Part shown: positions 25,750 to 35,068 of the stretch, in pieces
Layout: every line of letters starts with the position of its first letter
Position numbering within the stretch: position 1 is the first letter of the stretch
Origin: an uncultured Syntrophales bacterium
Lineage (GTDB): Bacteria > Desulfobacterota > Syntrophia > Syntrophales > Smithellaceae
DNA length: 42,933 nucleotides
NCBI GenBank assembly: GCA_964470015.1
Contig: CAYYBK010000001.1
Location: forward strand, 1-42,933
Direction of reading: 5' to 3'
Position numbers and translations under genes: made by a program
The notes under the pieces: model-generated
Seen by the model: only the letters and a program-made list of their open reading frames with translations
What the model was told of the DNA's origin: nothing
Database searches by the model: none

Positions 25750-28281
25750 ATGGAATTCGAAAACCTATACAAAGCTTATCATGCAGTCTGTCAAAAACAC
25801 GCCCAGCGCATTCTTTTCAAAAATCAGGAAATTACCTTTGCCGAAGCCTGGCGGCGGATGGAAACGCGGGCGCTTTTCCTCCGCGCGGCGGGCTACAAAA
25901 AAGGCGATATTATTGCTATTCTGGCCGGCAGTTCCCCGGCATGGTGCATTACCTATATGGCGATCACCGCCATCGGCGCTATTGCGCTGCCTCTCGACAC
26001 CAACCTTACCGCAGAACAATACCGGCAAATGCTGCAAAGCGTCGGCGCCCGCGCCGTTTTCGCCGCCGCCAATTTCCGCAGTATATTTGATAATCTGGCC
26101 GTCCATGGCATCGACGATGAATATCCGCCGACCGGAGAAAAACATCTGGAAGAAACACCGCTTGCCACCAATGATATTGCATCACTTCTTTTTACTTCCG
26201 GAACCACCGGCAATCCGAAAATCGTCGCGCTTACACATAGCAACATCCTCCATGTTGCACTTGTATGCACACAGCTCGAAGAATATACGGCAAGCGATAT
26301 GACGCTGGCCATGCTGCCTCTCTATCACGTCTATGCTTTTGAATCCACTTTCATGGCGCCTTTGCTGACAGGTAGCTCTATTGTTTTTCAGACGTCCCTG
26401 AAAGGACCGGATATCATCCGCGCCCTGGGAGAAAACAAAATAACAATCTTTCCCGCCGCGCCACAGATGTGGGAACTTTTCTTTGACGCTTTGATTGCCA
26501 AAGTTAAAGCGCAATCGGCACTAAAATACCGCGTCTTCATGTTTTTTCTCAAGACGGCGCCTGTTCTCCGGGCCTGCGGATTGGGCTTTATTTTGCAGAA
26601 GATTTTTCAGCCGGTTCACGATGTTTTCGGCCGTCAGATGCGGTTCTTTATCAGCGGCGGCGCACCGCTGAAAAAAGAATATTTCAACTATTACAGGCGT
26701 ATGGGCTTTTATATAATGGAAGGATACGGGCTTACCGAAACCACGGGGCCAATCGCCATTCCCTATTACAAGGAAGCGGCGGCCGGAGCTGTCGGCCCGC
26801 CGATTCCCGGCAATGAAGTTAAAATAAAAGACATCAACGCCGACGGCATCGGTGAAATCTGGCTGAAAGGCGATGCCGTCATGGCCGGATATTATAAGAA
26901 CGAAGAAGCCAACCGCAAAGCGTTTGACGCCGAGAGATTTTTTAATACGCAGGATTTGGGTTTTGTTGACCGGCGAGGCCATATTCATATAACCGGACGC
27001 AAAAAGAATGTCATCGTTCTGGATTCGGGCAAAAATGTGTATCCGGAAGAGCTGGAACTGTATTTTCGTTCCAATCCGCTGATTGCGGAAATAGCAGTCT
27101 TCGGCCGGAAAGTAGAAGGTAGAGAAACCGTTTATGCGGTTATTGTCCCCGCCATCAAGGGCGCCGGAAGTTATACCGCCGTCCGGGAAGCGGTAGCCGA
27201 ACTTAACAGAAGCCTCCCGCCGTACAAAACACTGGCCGGCTTTGCGCTTTCCGCCGACCCGCTGCCCCGCAATTCTACAAGAAAAGTATTAATCGACGAA
27301 GTGCTGCGGCTCCTCGAGCAGCAAGCATATCAGACCGATGCCGTCGGAACGGCGATTCCCCGCAATATGCTGACACCGGCAAGCATCCGGGAGGAAGAGA
27401 TTATCAGTGTTTTAGGCAAAAAACTAAAGGCGGTGGCGCTCCACGCCAATGAAACACTGACGGACCGCCAGATCGATTCGCTGGGGCTCGTTGAACTGGT
27501 CGTTTATCTCGAAGACGCCCTCGGGATCAGCATAGAAGTGGATAAAGTTAATCCGCTGATGACGCTGGAGGAATTTGTTCGCTATCTTTCTTCCTGCCCG
27601 CAGCATGCTGGCGCCAATCTCGATGAAATGATTTTGCAGAGTCCGATTACGACGAAAAAAACCGTTTTCCCCAACCCGCTGGCGGAACTGCTGCTTTTCA
27701 TCGTCCGCCACCTTTCCCGTCTTTTTTGGGATTTCCAGATCATTAATGAGGATCGTCTCATTCCCGACAATTCCATTATTGCCGCCAACCACCAATCTTA
27801 TCTGGATCTGCCCTGGCTAGTCTGTAGGCTGCCCTATCGTCTGCGCAAACGAATTTTTATCACCGGGAAGAAGGAGCTTTCTTTTCTGGGCTATCCGTTT
27901 ATCGGTTCGCCGATTCTTTTCGTTGACCGCCAGGGAAACATTGTCCCCTCTCTAAAAGCGGCCGCCGATGTTCTGCGCAGCGGCGCTTCGCTGATCATTT
28001 TTCCCGAAGGCACAAGAACCAACGACGGTACACTGGGAAAATTCAAGTCCGGTGCGGCCTACCTGGCCTATCACCTCGACAAAAAAATTATTCCCGTTAC
28101 GGTACGGGGAGCTTTTGAAATTATGCCGCGCAATACAATCATCCCCCGTTTCTTTTCCGGGACCAAGGGAAGGCTTATCGTGGGAAAAGCTGTTGACCCG
28201 CGTAACTTCGCTTCCGTGGAAGAACTTAACGATCATCTCCGCAGTATCATCCTGGAGCAGCAGACTTTACCGGCAGAATAA
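25750..28281 (+). CDS. tri-domain protein: acyl-AMP/acyl-CoA ligase + carrier (PP-binding-like) domain + lysophospholipid acyltransferase (PlsC-like)
   Basis: Adenylation motifs LLFTSGTTGNPK, GYGLTET, and TGRKKNVIVLDSGKNVYPEELE through PRNSTRKV. A carrier-like DSLGLVELVVYLE has Ser at about residue 577 (nt 27478). LPLAT motifs are NHQSYLD (His at about residue 681) and FPEGTRT. Confidence 0.8.
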   Translation: MEFENLYKAYHAVCQKHAQRILFKNQEITFAEAWRRMETRALFLRAAGYKKGDIIAILAGSSPAWCITYMAITAIGAIALPLDTNLTAEQYRQMLQSVGARAVFAAANFRSIFDNLAVHGIDDEYPPTGEKHLEETPLATNDIASLLFTSGTTGNPKIVALTHSNILHVALVCTQLEEYTASDMTLAMLPLYHVYAFESTFMAPLLTGSSIVFQTSLKGPDIIRALGENKITIFPAAPQMWELFFDALIAKVKAQSALKYRVFMFFLKTAPVLRACGLGFILQKIFQPVHDVFGRQMRFFISGGAPLKKEYFNYYRRMGFYIMEGYGLTETTGPIAIPYYKEAAAGAVGPPIPGNEVKIKDINADGIGEIWLKGDAVMAGYYKNEEANRKAFDAERFFNTQDLGFVDRRGHIHITGRKKNVIVLDSGKNVYPEELELYFRSNPLIAEIAVFGRKVEGRETVYAVIVPAIKGAGSYTAVREAVAELNRSLPPYKTLAGFALSADPLPRNSTRKVLIDEVLRLLEQQAYQTDAVGTAIPRNMLTPASIREEEIISVLGKKLKAVALHANETLTDRQIDSLGLVELVVYLEDALGISIEVDKVNPLMTLEEFVRYLSSCPQHAGANLDEMILQSPITTKKTVFPNPLAELLLFIVRHLSRLFWDFQIINEDRLIPDNSIIAANHQSYLDLPWLVCRLPYRLRKRIFITGKKELSFLGYPFIGSPILFVDRQGNIVPSLKAAADVLRSGASLIIFPEGTRTNDGTLGKFKSGAAYLAYHLDKKIIPVTVRGAFEIMPRNTIIPRFFSGTKGRLIVGKAVDPRNFASVEELNDHLRSIILEQQTLPAE

Positions 28282-28299
28282 TCAAATAGGGGCTGCCGG

Positions 28300-28506
28300 T
28301 TATTCCGTCTCTTGGATTTTTGCCTTTTGTGCAAAAAGGCCGCAATCCATATTGGAATTGATATAAACGTCCACGGAGGGCATGCGGGCGGACTTAAATC
28401 CGATCATCCGGCAGCCGTAAGGATATTTCTGCTCATGCGTGATATAAAAATGCTCACAGGAGAAACAATTGATCTGTTTCATTTCTCCAGATTTACTTTC
28501 CATCAT
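28300..28506 (-). CDS. small (68 aa) four-cysteine protein of unknown function
   Basis: The sequence CFSCEHFYITHEQKYPYGCRMIGFKSARMPS...DCGLF shows a CxxC...C...C pattern. A GGGGA Shine-Dalgarno-like element lies upstream, and the gene starts 33 nt downstream of the PreP-like gene on the same strand. The mirror ORF at 28312-28509 (+) looks spurious. Confidence 0.55.
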   Translation of the reverse strand: MMESKSGEMKQINCFSCEHFYITHEQKYPYGCRMIGFKSARMPSVDVYINSNMDCGLFAQKAKIQETE

Positions 28507-28539
28507 TGATCTTTCCCCGAAAAAATGTGATTTTAAACG

Positions 28540-31521
28540 CTATTCTTCAAAAATGTGTTCCAAGACAAGCTTCTTTTCCAGGCGTTGATTGGCAACGGTC
28601 AGTTTTTCTTCAGCTGAATAAACAGCAACCGCCGTTTCTTTTTCCGCCGCAGAGAAAACAGTGCTCACCGCTTCCCTCAATTTCTGCGGCGTTGCCGATA
28701 ATACATCTTCCCGGAACTTCTGCCGCATCGCATCCGTTATCCCCGCAACGCTGCGCATCAAGGAGGCATGCCCGCGGCCCGCCGGATCCAAGGGTTTATC
28801 CAGCAGTCCGATCGTACTGATAACGGCTTTCTCCGCTTCTTCCACAGCAATTTCATTCTGCGCATAGAAAAGCTCCGCCGCGCGGAACACATCAAGCGTT
28901 TCCACAAGATGCGGATCCCGATAGGAAAGAAGAGAAAAAATGCCCAACGACGGATCGTATGAGGACATCCCGCCGTATGCTCCACCCTGCACCCGGATAT
29001 GCTTGTAGAGATAACTATTTGATAATTCCCTGGACGCAACCATGAGCAGCGCCGCGACAGGATCAATATAGGACGGCGCTCTCAGCACACGAGCCACATA
29101 GGATACCTGTGCCGGCACGACTATTCCCGCAAACACCTGCGGTAACAAAGGCGGCGTCTGTGGTTGTTTATTCACCGTAGCCGGAAGTTTATTCAACAAT
29201 CCGTGAATATTATTTTCGGCGATATCCAGTCCGGACTTATCGGCAGTAATGTTGAGCAACAGATTGTCTCTGCTGAAAATCATTTTTTTCAATTGCGCCA
29301 GCTTTTCAGCCAGTTCCTTTTTTATTGAGGAATAGCATCGGGCCGTCTGCTGGATAAAACGCAATTGCGTCCGGCCGTTCCATTGTTCATCCCGATACGC
29401 CGGCAGGGTTAGCGCTGCGCCCGCTGTCCTTCGGGCAAAAATATGTCCCGACGGGACAATGGCGGATTGCAAATTGTTTTTTCTTTCGGCAATCAAATCA
29501 AACATTCTCGCTTCATTGCTTAAATCGCCCGCACTGATAAGATCGCTTACTATATTCAGGGCTTCCGGCAGATTGCGGTAGAGCGCCGCACCGGAAATGA
29601 TCATCTTCTGCCAGCAGGCGTTGCCGTCGGCGGAAAAACCGGCCCCCACATCACAACCGAATCCCCCCATTTTCAGCGCGATGCGTTTGGCCATTTCATC
29701 GTAGGTATAGCCGGCGGCACCCATCCCTGAAATAATTTTCCCCAAAAGCGGCAGATATGCTTGCATTTCCTCGGACAGATGAGAGATATCAAAAACAAAA
29801 TCTACATAAGCAATACCGTTGGTGAAAAGATCGTGTTTCAGCACCGGCACTCCCGCCAGCATGCCGCTTTGCGCAGGAATCAATTCCACATTCCGGGGGA
29901 TATCTGCAATTTTCAATTTCGGGATGGAGGCTGCCGCAGCCGGGGAATCAGGTGCGGACTGGAATGCCCGCAATTTCTTTGCCTGTGCGTTGATTTCTTC
30001 CAGTTGCGCCTGACTAAACGATGCTTTCAGACCGGCCATTTTGTCCCGGTAGGCTTTTTCTTTAGTGGCGCTGAAAGCAGGATCGGGCTCCAGAATTGCC
30101 GTAATGCGATGCTGGTTTTGCAGCAGCCATTTACCGGTCATTTTTTGAAACAAAGCCGGATCCGCCGCCCAGAGCCGCCTGATTTTGTCGATGGCCGCGG
30201 GGAAGTCCAAACCGATCAACGGGTCGCCGTCATAGAGCCAGGTTTGGAACACATTGCCCATTAATGCAATTCCATAAGGATAAGAGCCCCGGACTATTTC
30301 TTTACCGTGGAATTCAATTTGATGAAGGATACCTTCAATCAGATCAAGGTCATATCCCTCGGCTACGATTTTTTGCAAAGTTGCTAAAATAAGCTTTTCA
30401 ATAGTCGGGGCGGCGGCGCTGTCCGTGTTCCTCATGCCCACCGCAAAAAGCGTCTGTTTCAAATCACTTTCCATCCCGCTGATGGGCGTTAAATCCTCCC
30501 CGAGGCCTGAATCAATAAGTGCTTTCCGCAGGGGACTAGCGGAGCTGCCGACCAAAAGCCCCGCAATAATTTCCAGAATAAGTGAATTTTCATAATCCGT
30601 GTTTTCCGTCCACATCCACGCCATATTCACGGAAGATTTCCGGGCAAGAGATTCATTTTTATCTACCGGATAAGTACTGCGGACAACACGCGGTTTAATC
30701 CGGCGTTTCTGGCTCCTAATCGACGATTTTACCTTCACGCGCCGGAATCCCGCAAGCATTTCCGCAAGAAAAGCCAGGTGCTCTTCGGTAGGGATATTTC
30801 CATAAATAAAAAAGCGGGCGTTGGAAGGTGAATAATAAGTTCGGTGGAAGAGGCAGAATTGCTCATAAGTAAGAGAAGGAATGACGTCGGGGTCTCCGCC
30901 CGAATCAAAAGCATAAATGCTTCCCGAATAAAGATTTTCCTGTATATCCTTGTACATCAGGGCATCCGGTGACGAATATGCGCCTTTCATCTCATTGTAA
31001 ACGATGCCGGATATATCAAGATTGCTGGATAAGTCGTCCGGAACCGCAAATTCCAGATGATGGCCTTCCTGCAGGAATGTCTCCTTGAGCAGGCGCGGAT
31101 GCAGCACCAGATCGGTATAGACACGCGCCAGATTAAAAAAATCACTTTTTATACAGCTGGCCACGGGGTAAACGGTTTTATCCGGATAAGTAAAAGCGTT
31201 GATAAATGTTTGCAGCGTGGAGCGCAGTAATTCCTTAAAAACATCCTTAAGCGGATATTTTTCCGACCCGGCCAGTACCGCATGCTCTAAAATATGAGGC
31301 AGCCCCGTAGAATCGGCAGGGGGGGTACGAAAACCAATCGCATATAGGTTCTCCGAGTCAAAGCTGTGCAAATGAAGAACTTTGGCGCCGGTTTTTTTGT
31401 GTTCGATTTCATAGGCCGTAATTCTCAGACCCGGCAGTGTTTCCACCCGCAGCACCTTAAATCCATATAATTCATCCCCGGCCTGCCGCATCGGCCGCGG
31501 GAATTGCAGCTGATCAGACAT
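28540..31521 (-). CDS. M16C-family (PreP/presequence-protease-like) zinc metallopeptidase
   Basis: Inverted zincin motif HxxEH within LPHILEHAVLAGS, in a protein of about 990 aa with a four-domain size. The start is placed at ATG 31521 (MSDQLQF...) behind GGGGAAAGG. Confidence 0.85.
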   Translation of the reverse strand: MSDQLQFPRPMRQAGDELYGFKVLRVETLPGLRITAYEIEHKKTGAKVLHLHSFDSENLYAIGFRTPPADSTGLPHILEHAVLAGSEKYPLKDVFKELLRSTLQTFINAFTYPDKTVYPVASCIKSDFFNLARVYTDLVLHPRLLKETFLQEGHHLEFAVPDDLSSNLDISGIVYNEMKGAYSSPDALMYKDIQENLYSGSIYAFDSGGDPDVIPSLTYEQFCLFHRTYYSPSNARFFIYGNIPTEEHLAFLAEMLAGFRRVKVKSSIRSQKRRIKPRVVRSTYPVDKNESLARKSSVNMAWMWTENTDYENSLILEIIAGLLVGSSASPLRKALIDSGLGEDLTPISGMESDLKQTLFAVGMRNTDSAAAPTIEKLILATLQKIVAEGYDLDLIEGILHQIEFHGKEIVRGSYPYGIALMGNVFQTWLYDGDPLIGLDFPAAIDKIRRLWAADPALFQKMTGKWLLQNQHRITAILEPDPAFSATKEKAYRDKMAGLKASFSQAQLEEINAQAKKLRAFQSAPDSPAAAASIPKLKIADIPRNVELIPAQSGMLAGVPVLKHDLFTNGIAYVDFVFDISHLSEEMQAYLPLLGKIISGMGAAGYTYDEMAKRIALKMGGFGCDVGAGFSADGNACWQKMIISGAALYRNLPEALNIVSDLISAGDLSNEARMFDLIAERKNNLQSAIVPSGHIFARRTAGAALTLPAYRDEQWNGRTQLRFIQQTARCYSSIKKELAEKLAQLKKMIFSRDNLLLNITADKSGLDIAENNIHGLLNKLPATVNKQPQTPPLLPQVFAGIVVPAQVSYVARVLRAPSYIDPVAALLMVASRELSNSYLYKHIRVQGGAYGGMSSYDPSLGIFSLLSYRDPHLVETLDVFRAAELFYAQNEIAVEEAEKAVISTIGLLDKPLDPAGRGHASLMRSVAGITDAMRQKFREDVLSATPQKLREAVSTVFSAAEKETAVAVYSAEEKLTVANQRLEKKLVLEHIFEE

Positions 31522-31590
31522 TTTTGCCTTTCCCCGTATCCCCGATAAGACGCATATATCCATCCTACGTCAATAAAGGTGAGTTTTTTA

Positions 31591-32424
31591 TCAAATCTTC
31601 CTGAAGCGTTGAACCCTTACCTGATAATTATTTATTTCTTCCGGTGTTACTTTTTCCAAAATACATTCTTCTACGATATAATTTGCTATTTTATCATCGA
31701 ACTGAACTCTTTCACTGGCTTGCCCTGTCAACTCCTGCCCGATTCCGGCTCTGACATACAAGAGCGTTTTCCCTCTATCTTCCAGTTTTTGCCTCACCGC
31801 TCCTTTGCTGGGCTGCGGAAGGCCCATCAGCGCGGTGCGCTCTTCAAAATCTGCACGGTCGATTTCCGCTTTAAAGCCATCCGCCAAAAATAAAATTATA
31901 CCTACCGGCATCAACGTCGCAACACCCGCCGCCGTTCCTGCGGCACCAACGGCAAATCGGACATGATCATCGAACTTCCGGACGCGGATCTCCTGAGGCG
32001 TTAATTTACGAAATTTCATAATGATACGGCAACCATAAAAATCCCTGAAGTTTTCCTGAAGCTGGTAGTATTTCAGGGCACGCACAATAAATTCCGCTAC
32101 ATGCCCCAGATAAAGCTTTTCCCCCAGCGGCAGCTGCACTGATTCCGGCTCCACGTCACGGGACAACTTAAGACAGCTGAAAAGCGTATCCTGCGCCCCG
32201 GGGCTGGCTGCGCAACCCGGCAATAAGATAACATTAATACTGCCGCGCGCCGTTCGCGCCTTTTCCACATCGGCAGCGGAATCAACTTCCTGATCAAGAT
32301 AATTCCGGTAAATGGTACTGCAGCCAATCAAATTAAAAACAACAACGGTAAAGATAAACAGAAAAACAGCTGATCTTCCCGCCAATCCACCCTGTAAAAT
32401 ATTCGTGCGCTTATCGGTGCACAT
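31591..32424 (-). CDS. hypothetical lipoprotein
   Basis: The N-terminus has a basic n-region, a hydrophobic core and a lipobox L-I-G-C (FNLIGCST). An internal Gly/Ala-rich hydrophobic segment reads AVGAAGTAAGVATLMPVGIILFLA. I recognise no family. Confidence 0.55.
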   Translation of the reverse strand: MCTDKRTNILQGGLAGRSAVFLFIFTVVVFNLIGCSTIYRNYLDQEVDSAADVEKARTARGSINVILLPGCAASPGAQDTLFSCLKLSRDVEPESVQLPLGEKLYLGHVAEFIVRALKYYQLQENFRDFYGCRIIMKFRKLTPQEIRVRKFDDHVRFAVGAAGTAAGVATLMPVGIILFLADGFKAEIDRADFEERTALMGLPQPSKGAVRQKLEDRGKTLLYVRAGIGQELTGQASERVQFDDKIANYIVEECILEKVTPEEINNYQVRVQRFRKI

Positions 32425-32840
32425 ATAAAAATATTTCAGCAGCTCACCATTCTTAATGAAGCAGCACTTTGCTTTTCCGGATCAGATCTTCACAGCCGCT
32501 CCCGGTATCGCACCATCCAGGAATACCCTAAAACATGACCATTGGCCGGAGGGATAATACATTTTCCCAGAAACAAAGCAACCAATAAATAATGGACTCG
32601 TACCCTCCATAAGTTCTTCTAAAACTTTGGTTCTGTATTGACAAGCAAAATTTGAATCGTCATTAAAGTTCCGCCGTTCCTTTTTGCCCGCCGGCCGGTA
32701 CCGACTTTTTACTTTACGCTTGACACTGATACGTTCTATACGACATAATTATTCATAGAAGTAGGGGCGGGCATTCAATAATCAATATTTATCTACGGGA
32801 CTTTTTTTAAAATACAGCTGATCAAGAAAGGGAAAGAAAC

Positions 32841-34988
32841 ATGAATTCATTAGATGCAATTTTTTCACCCGAATCCATCGCTATCATTGGAGCATCAAAC
32901 ACCCCCGGGAAAGTCGGACATGATATCTTCGCCAACATTCTCAAAGGCGGATATAAAGGAACGATTTACCCCATCAATCCGGCTGCCAAGTCGGTGCTGA
33001 GCGTCAAGACGTTTTCCACTGTAAGGGATATTCCCGATAATATTGATTTATCTATCATCATTGTACCACCAACAGCGGCGCTTAAGGCGGTCGAGGACTC
33101 CATCTACAAAGGAGTCAAAGGAATAGTCGTCGTTTCCGCCGGATTCCGCGAGGTCGGCAAGGAGGGATTGGAGATCGAAAACCGCCTTGTGGCCATGTGC
33201 CGCGCAGCTAAAGTCCGCGTCGTTGGGCCAAACTGTCTGGGAGTGATCAACCCGCTGCCCACTGTAAGTATGAATGCAAGTTTTTCGACCCGCATGCCGT
33301 CCTGCGGAAATATCTCTTTTATGTCCCAGAGCGGGGCGCTTTGTACAGCCGTCCTCGACTTCGCCGCCGACCGGGACTTCGGGTTTTCGAAATTCATCTC
33401 CATCGGAAATAAGGCCGACATAAACGAACTTGATCTGCTGCGCTACTTCCACGATGATCCGGATACAGCCGTAATTGTCATGTATGTGGAAGAGCTGCGC
33501 AATAAAGGTATTGAATTCATCGAAACCGTCAAGGAAATCACTTCCGGCAGCCGGCCTACTCCGGTGCTTGTCATCAAGTCCGGGCGGACCAGCGCGGGCG
33601 CACGCGCCGCCGCTTCCCATACGGGGGCATTGGCGGGGTCGGAAGCGGTTTACGAAGCTCTTTTCCGGCAGGCCGGCGTCATCCGGGCCGATTCGATTGA
33701 TGAATTATTTGACTATGCAAACGCCTTCACTTACAAGCACGAAAGCAAAGTGGGCAAAACAAGGCGCAAGCTTCCCAACGGCAATCGCGTGGCCATCATC
33801 ACCAACGCCGGCGGGCCTGGTATTATTGCCACGGACATGACCATTTCTTCCGATTTAACTCTGGCGACTTTTCAGAAAGAAACAATCGAAGAACTGGCGC
33901 AAAGCCTGCCCGCCGCAGCCAATCTGCACAATCCGGTTGACGTAATCGGGGATGCGCCCTCGGATCGTTACGAGAAAGCGTTACAGGCAGTCATCAAGGA
34001 CAACGGGGTGGACGGCGCCTTGGTGATCCTGACACCGCAATCAATGACAAACACTCTGGGCACAGCGGAAGCCATAGCCCGTGTGGCCAGACGGTCCCAC
34101 AAGCCGATTCTTTGCAGTTTTATGGGCATTATCGACGTCTCGGAAGGCGTGAAATATCTCCAATCCAACGGTTATCCGGTTTATAAATTCCCGGAAAATG
34201 CCGCTAAATCATTTGCCGCCCTGTACAGGTTTTCCAAATGGGTAAACCGTGAACGACTGCCCGAATATAGTTTTGATTTTAATGAAGGAAGCGCGGCTGC
34301 CCTGATTAAAGAATGTCTTGCCGCCGATAAGACAAAACTGGGCGAACTGGACGGATTAAAGCTGTTGAAAGCTTACGGCTTCAACGTCCTGCCTACGGAA
34401 CTGGCGACAAATTCCAAGGAGGCGGCAGAAATTTCCGAAAAAATGGGCTTTCCGGTTGTCATGAAAATCGTTTCTCCCCAGATTCTGCATAAATCAGATG
34501 CCGGCGGCGTAGTAGTAGGTGTAAAGAGCGCCGAAGAGGCGAAAACAGCATTTCGGAAAATCATCGAAAACGCCAAAAATTATGACCCCAAAGCGGATCT
34601 CAAAGGCGTCCTGATTCAAAAGATGGCGCCGGCAGGAGAAGAGGTGATTCTCGGCATGAACAGTACGCCGTTGGGACCATTGATCATGTTCGGGTTGGGA
34701 GGAATCTTTGTGGAACTTTTCAAGGATGTGATTTTCGGTTTGGCGCCATTGGGCCGCAGCGACGCCATGCGCATGATCCGCTCCATCCAGGGCTATAAAC
34801 TCTTTACCGGATTCCGCGGCCGGCCGAAGGCGGATATTGCCGAAGTGGAAAAACTGCTGATCCGTCTTTCCAACCTCGTCGTGAATCATCCGGAAATTAT
34901 AGAACTTGATATAAATCCGCTGCTCGTTCATCCCGAAGGGAAAGGCGCCACCGTTGCCGACTGCCGCATGATTCTCAAAAAAGCCTAA
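32841..34988 (+). CDS. ADP-forming acetyl-CoA synthetase family protein (fused alpha/beta; CoA-binding + succinyl-CoA-synthetase-like + ATP-grasp)
   Basis: Motifs IAIIGASNTPGKVG (CoA-binding), MSQSGAL and the phospho-His loop ASHTGALAGS, plus a C-terminal ATP-grasp domain (VVMKIVSPQILHKSDAGGV). There is no GNAT domain, so it is not Pat-like. Confidence 0.8.
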   Translation: MNSLDAIFSPESIAIIGASNTPGKVGHDIFANILKGGYKGTIYPINPAAKSVLSVKTFSTVRDIPDNIDLSIIIVPPTAALKAVEDSIYKGVKGIVVVSAGFREVGKEGLEIENRLVAMCRAAKVRVVGPNCLGVINPLPTVSMNASFSTRMPSCGNISFMSQSGALCTAVLDFAADRDFGFSKFISIGNKADINELDLLRYFHDDPDTAVIVMYVEELRNKGIEFIETVKEITSGSRPTPVLVIKSGRTSAGARAAASHTGALAGSEAVYEALFRQAGVIRADSIDELFDYANAFTYKHESKVGKTRRKLPNGNRVAIITNAGGPGIIATDMTISSDLTLATFQKETIEELAQSLPAAANLHNPVDVIGDAPSDRYEKALQAVIKDNGVDGALVILTPQSMTNTLGTAEAIARVARRSHKPILCSFMGIIDVSEGVKYLQSNGYPVYKFPENAAKSFAALYRFSKWVNRERLPEYSFDFNEGSAAALIKECLAADKTKLGELDGLKLLKAYGFNVLPTELATNSKEAAEISEKMGFPVVMKIVSPQILHKSDAGGVVVGVKSAEEAKTAFRKIIENAKNYDPKADLKGVLIQKMAPAGEEVILGMNSTPLGPLIMFGLGGIFVELFKDVIFGLAPLGRSDAMRMIRSIQGYKLFTGFRGRPKADIAEVEKLLIRLSNLVVNHPEIIELDINPLLVHPEGKGATVADCRMILKKA

Positions 34989-34999
34989 TAAAAATTCAG

Positions 35000-35036
35000 G
35001 GCGTGCTTCGTCTTCCGCAAAAAGGCAAAGCACGCC
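35000..35036. terminator. hairpin between convergent genes (possible bidirectional terminator)
   Basis: 9-bp stem GGCGTGCTT (35000-35008) / AAGCACGCC (35028-35036) with a 19-nt loop. A weak T-run is present on the minus strand only. Confidence 0.35.
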
Positions 35037-35068
35037 TCATCAAATACCGGCAATAATGCCACAGCAAA

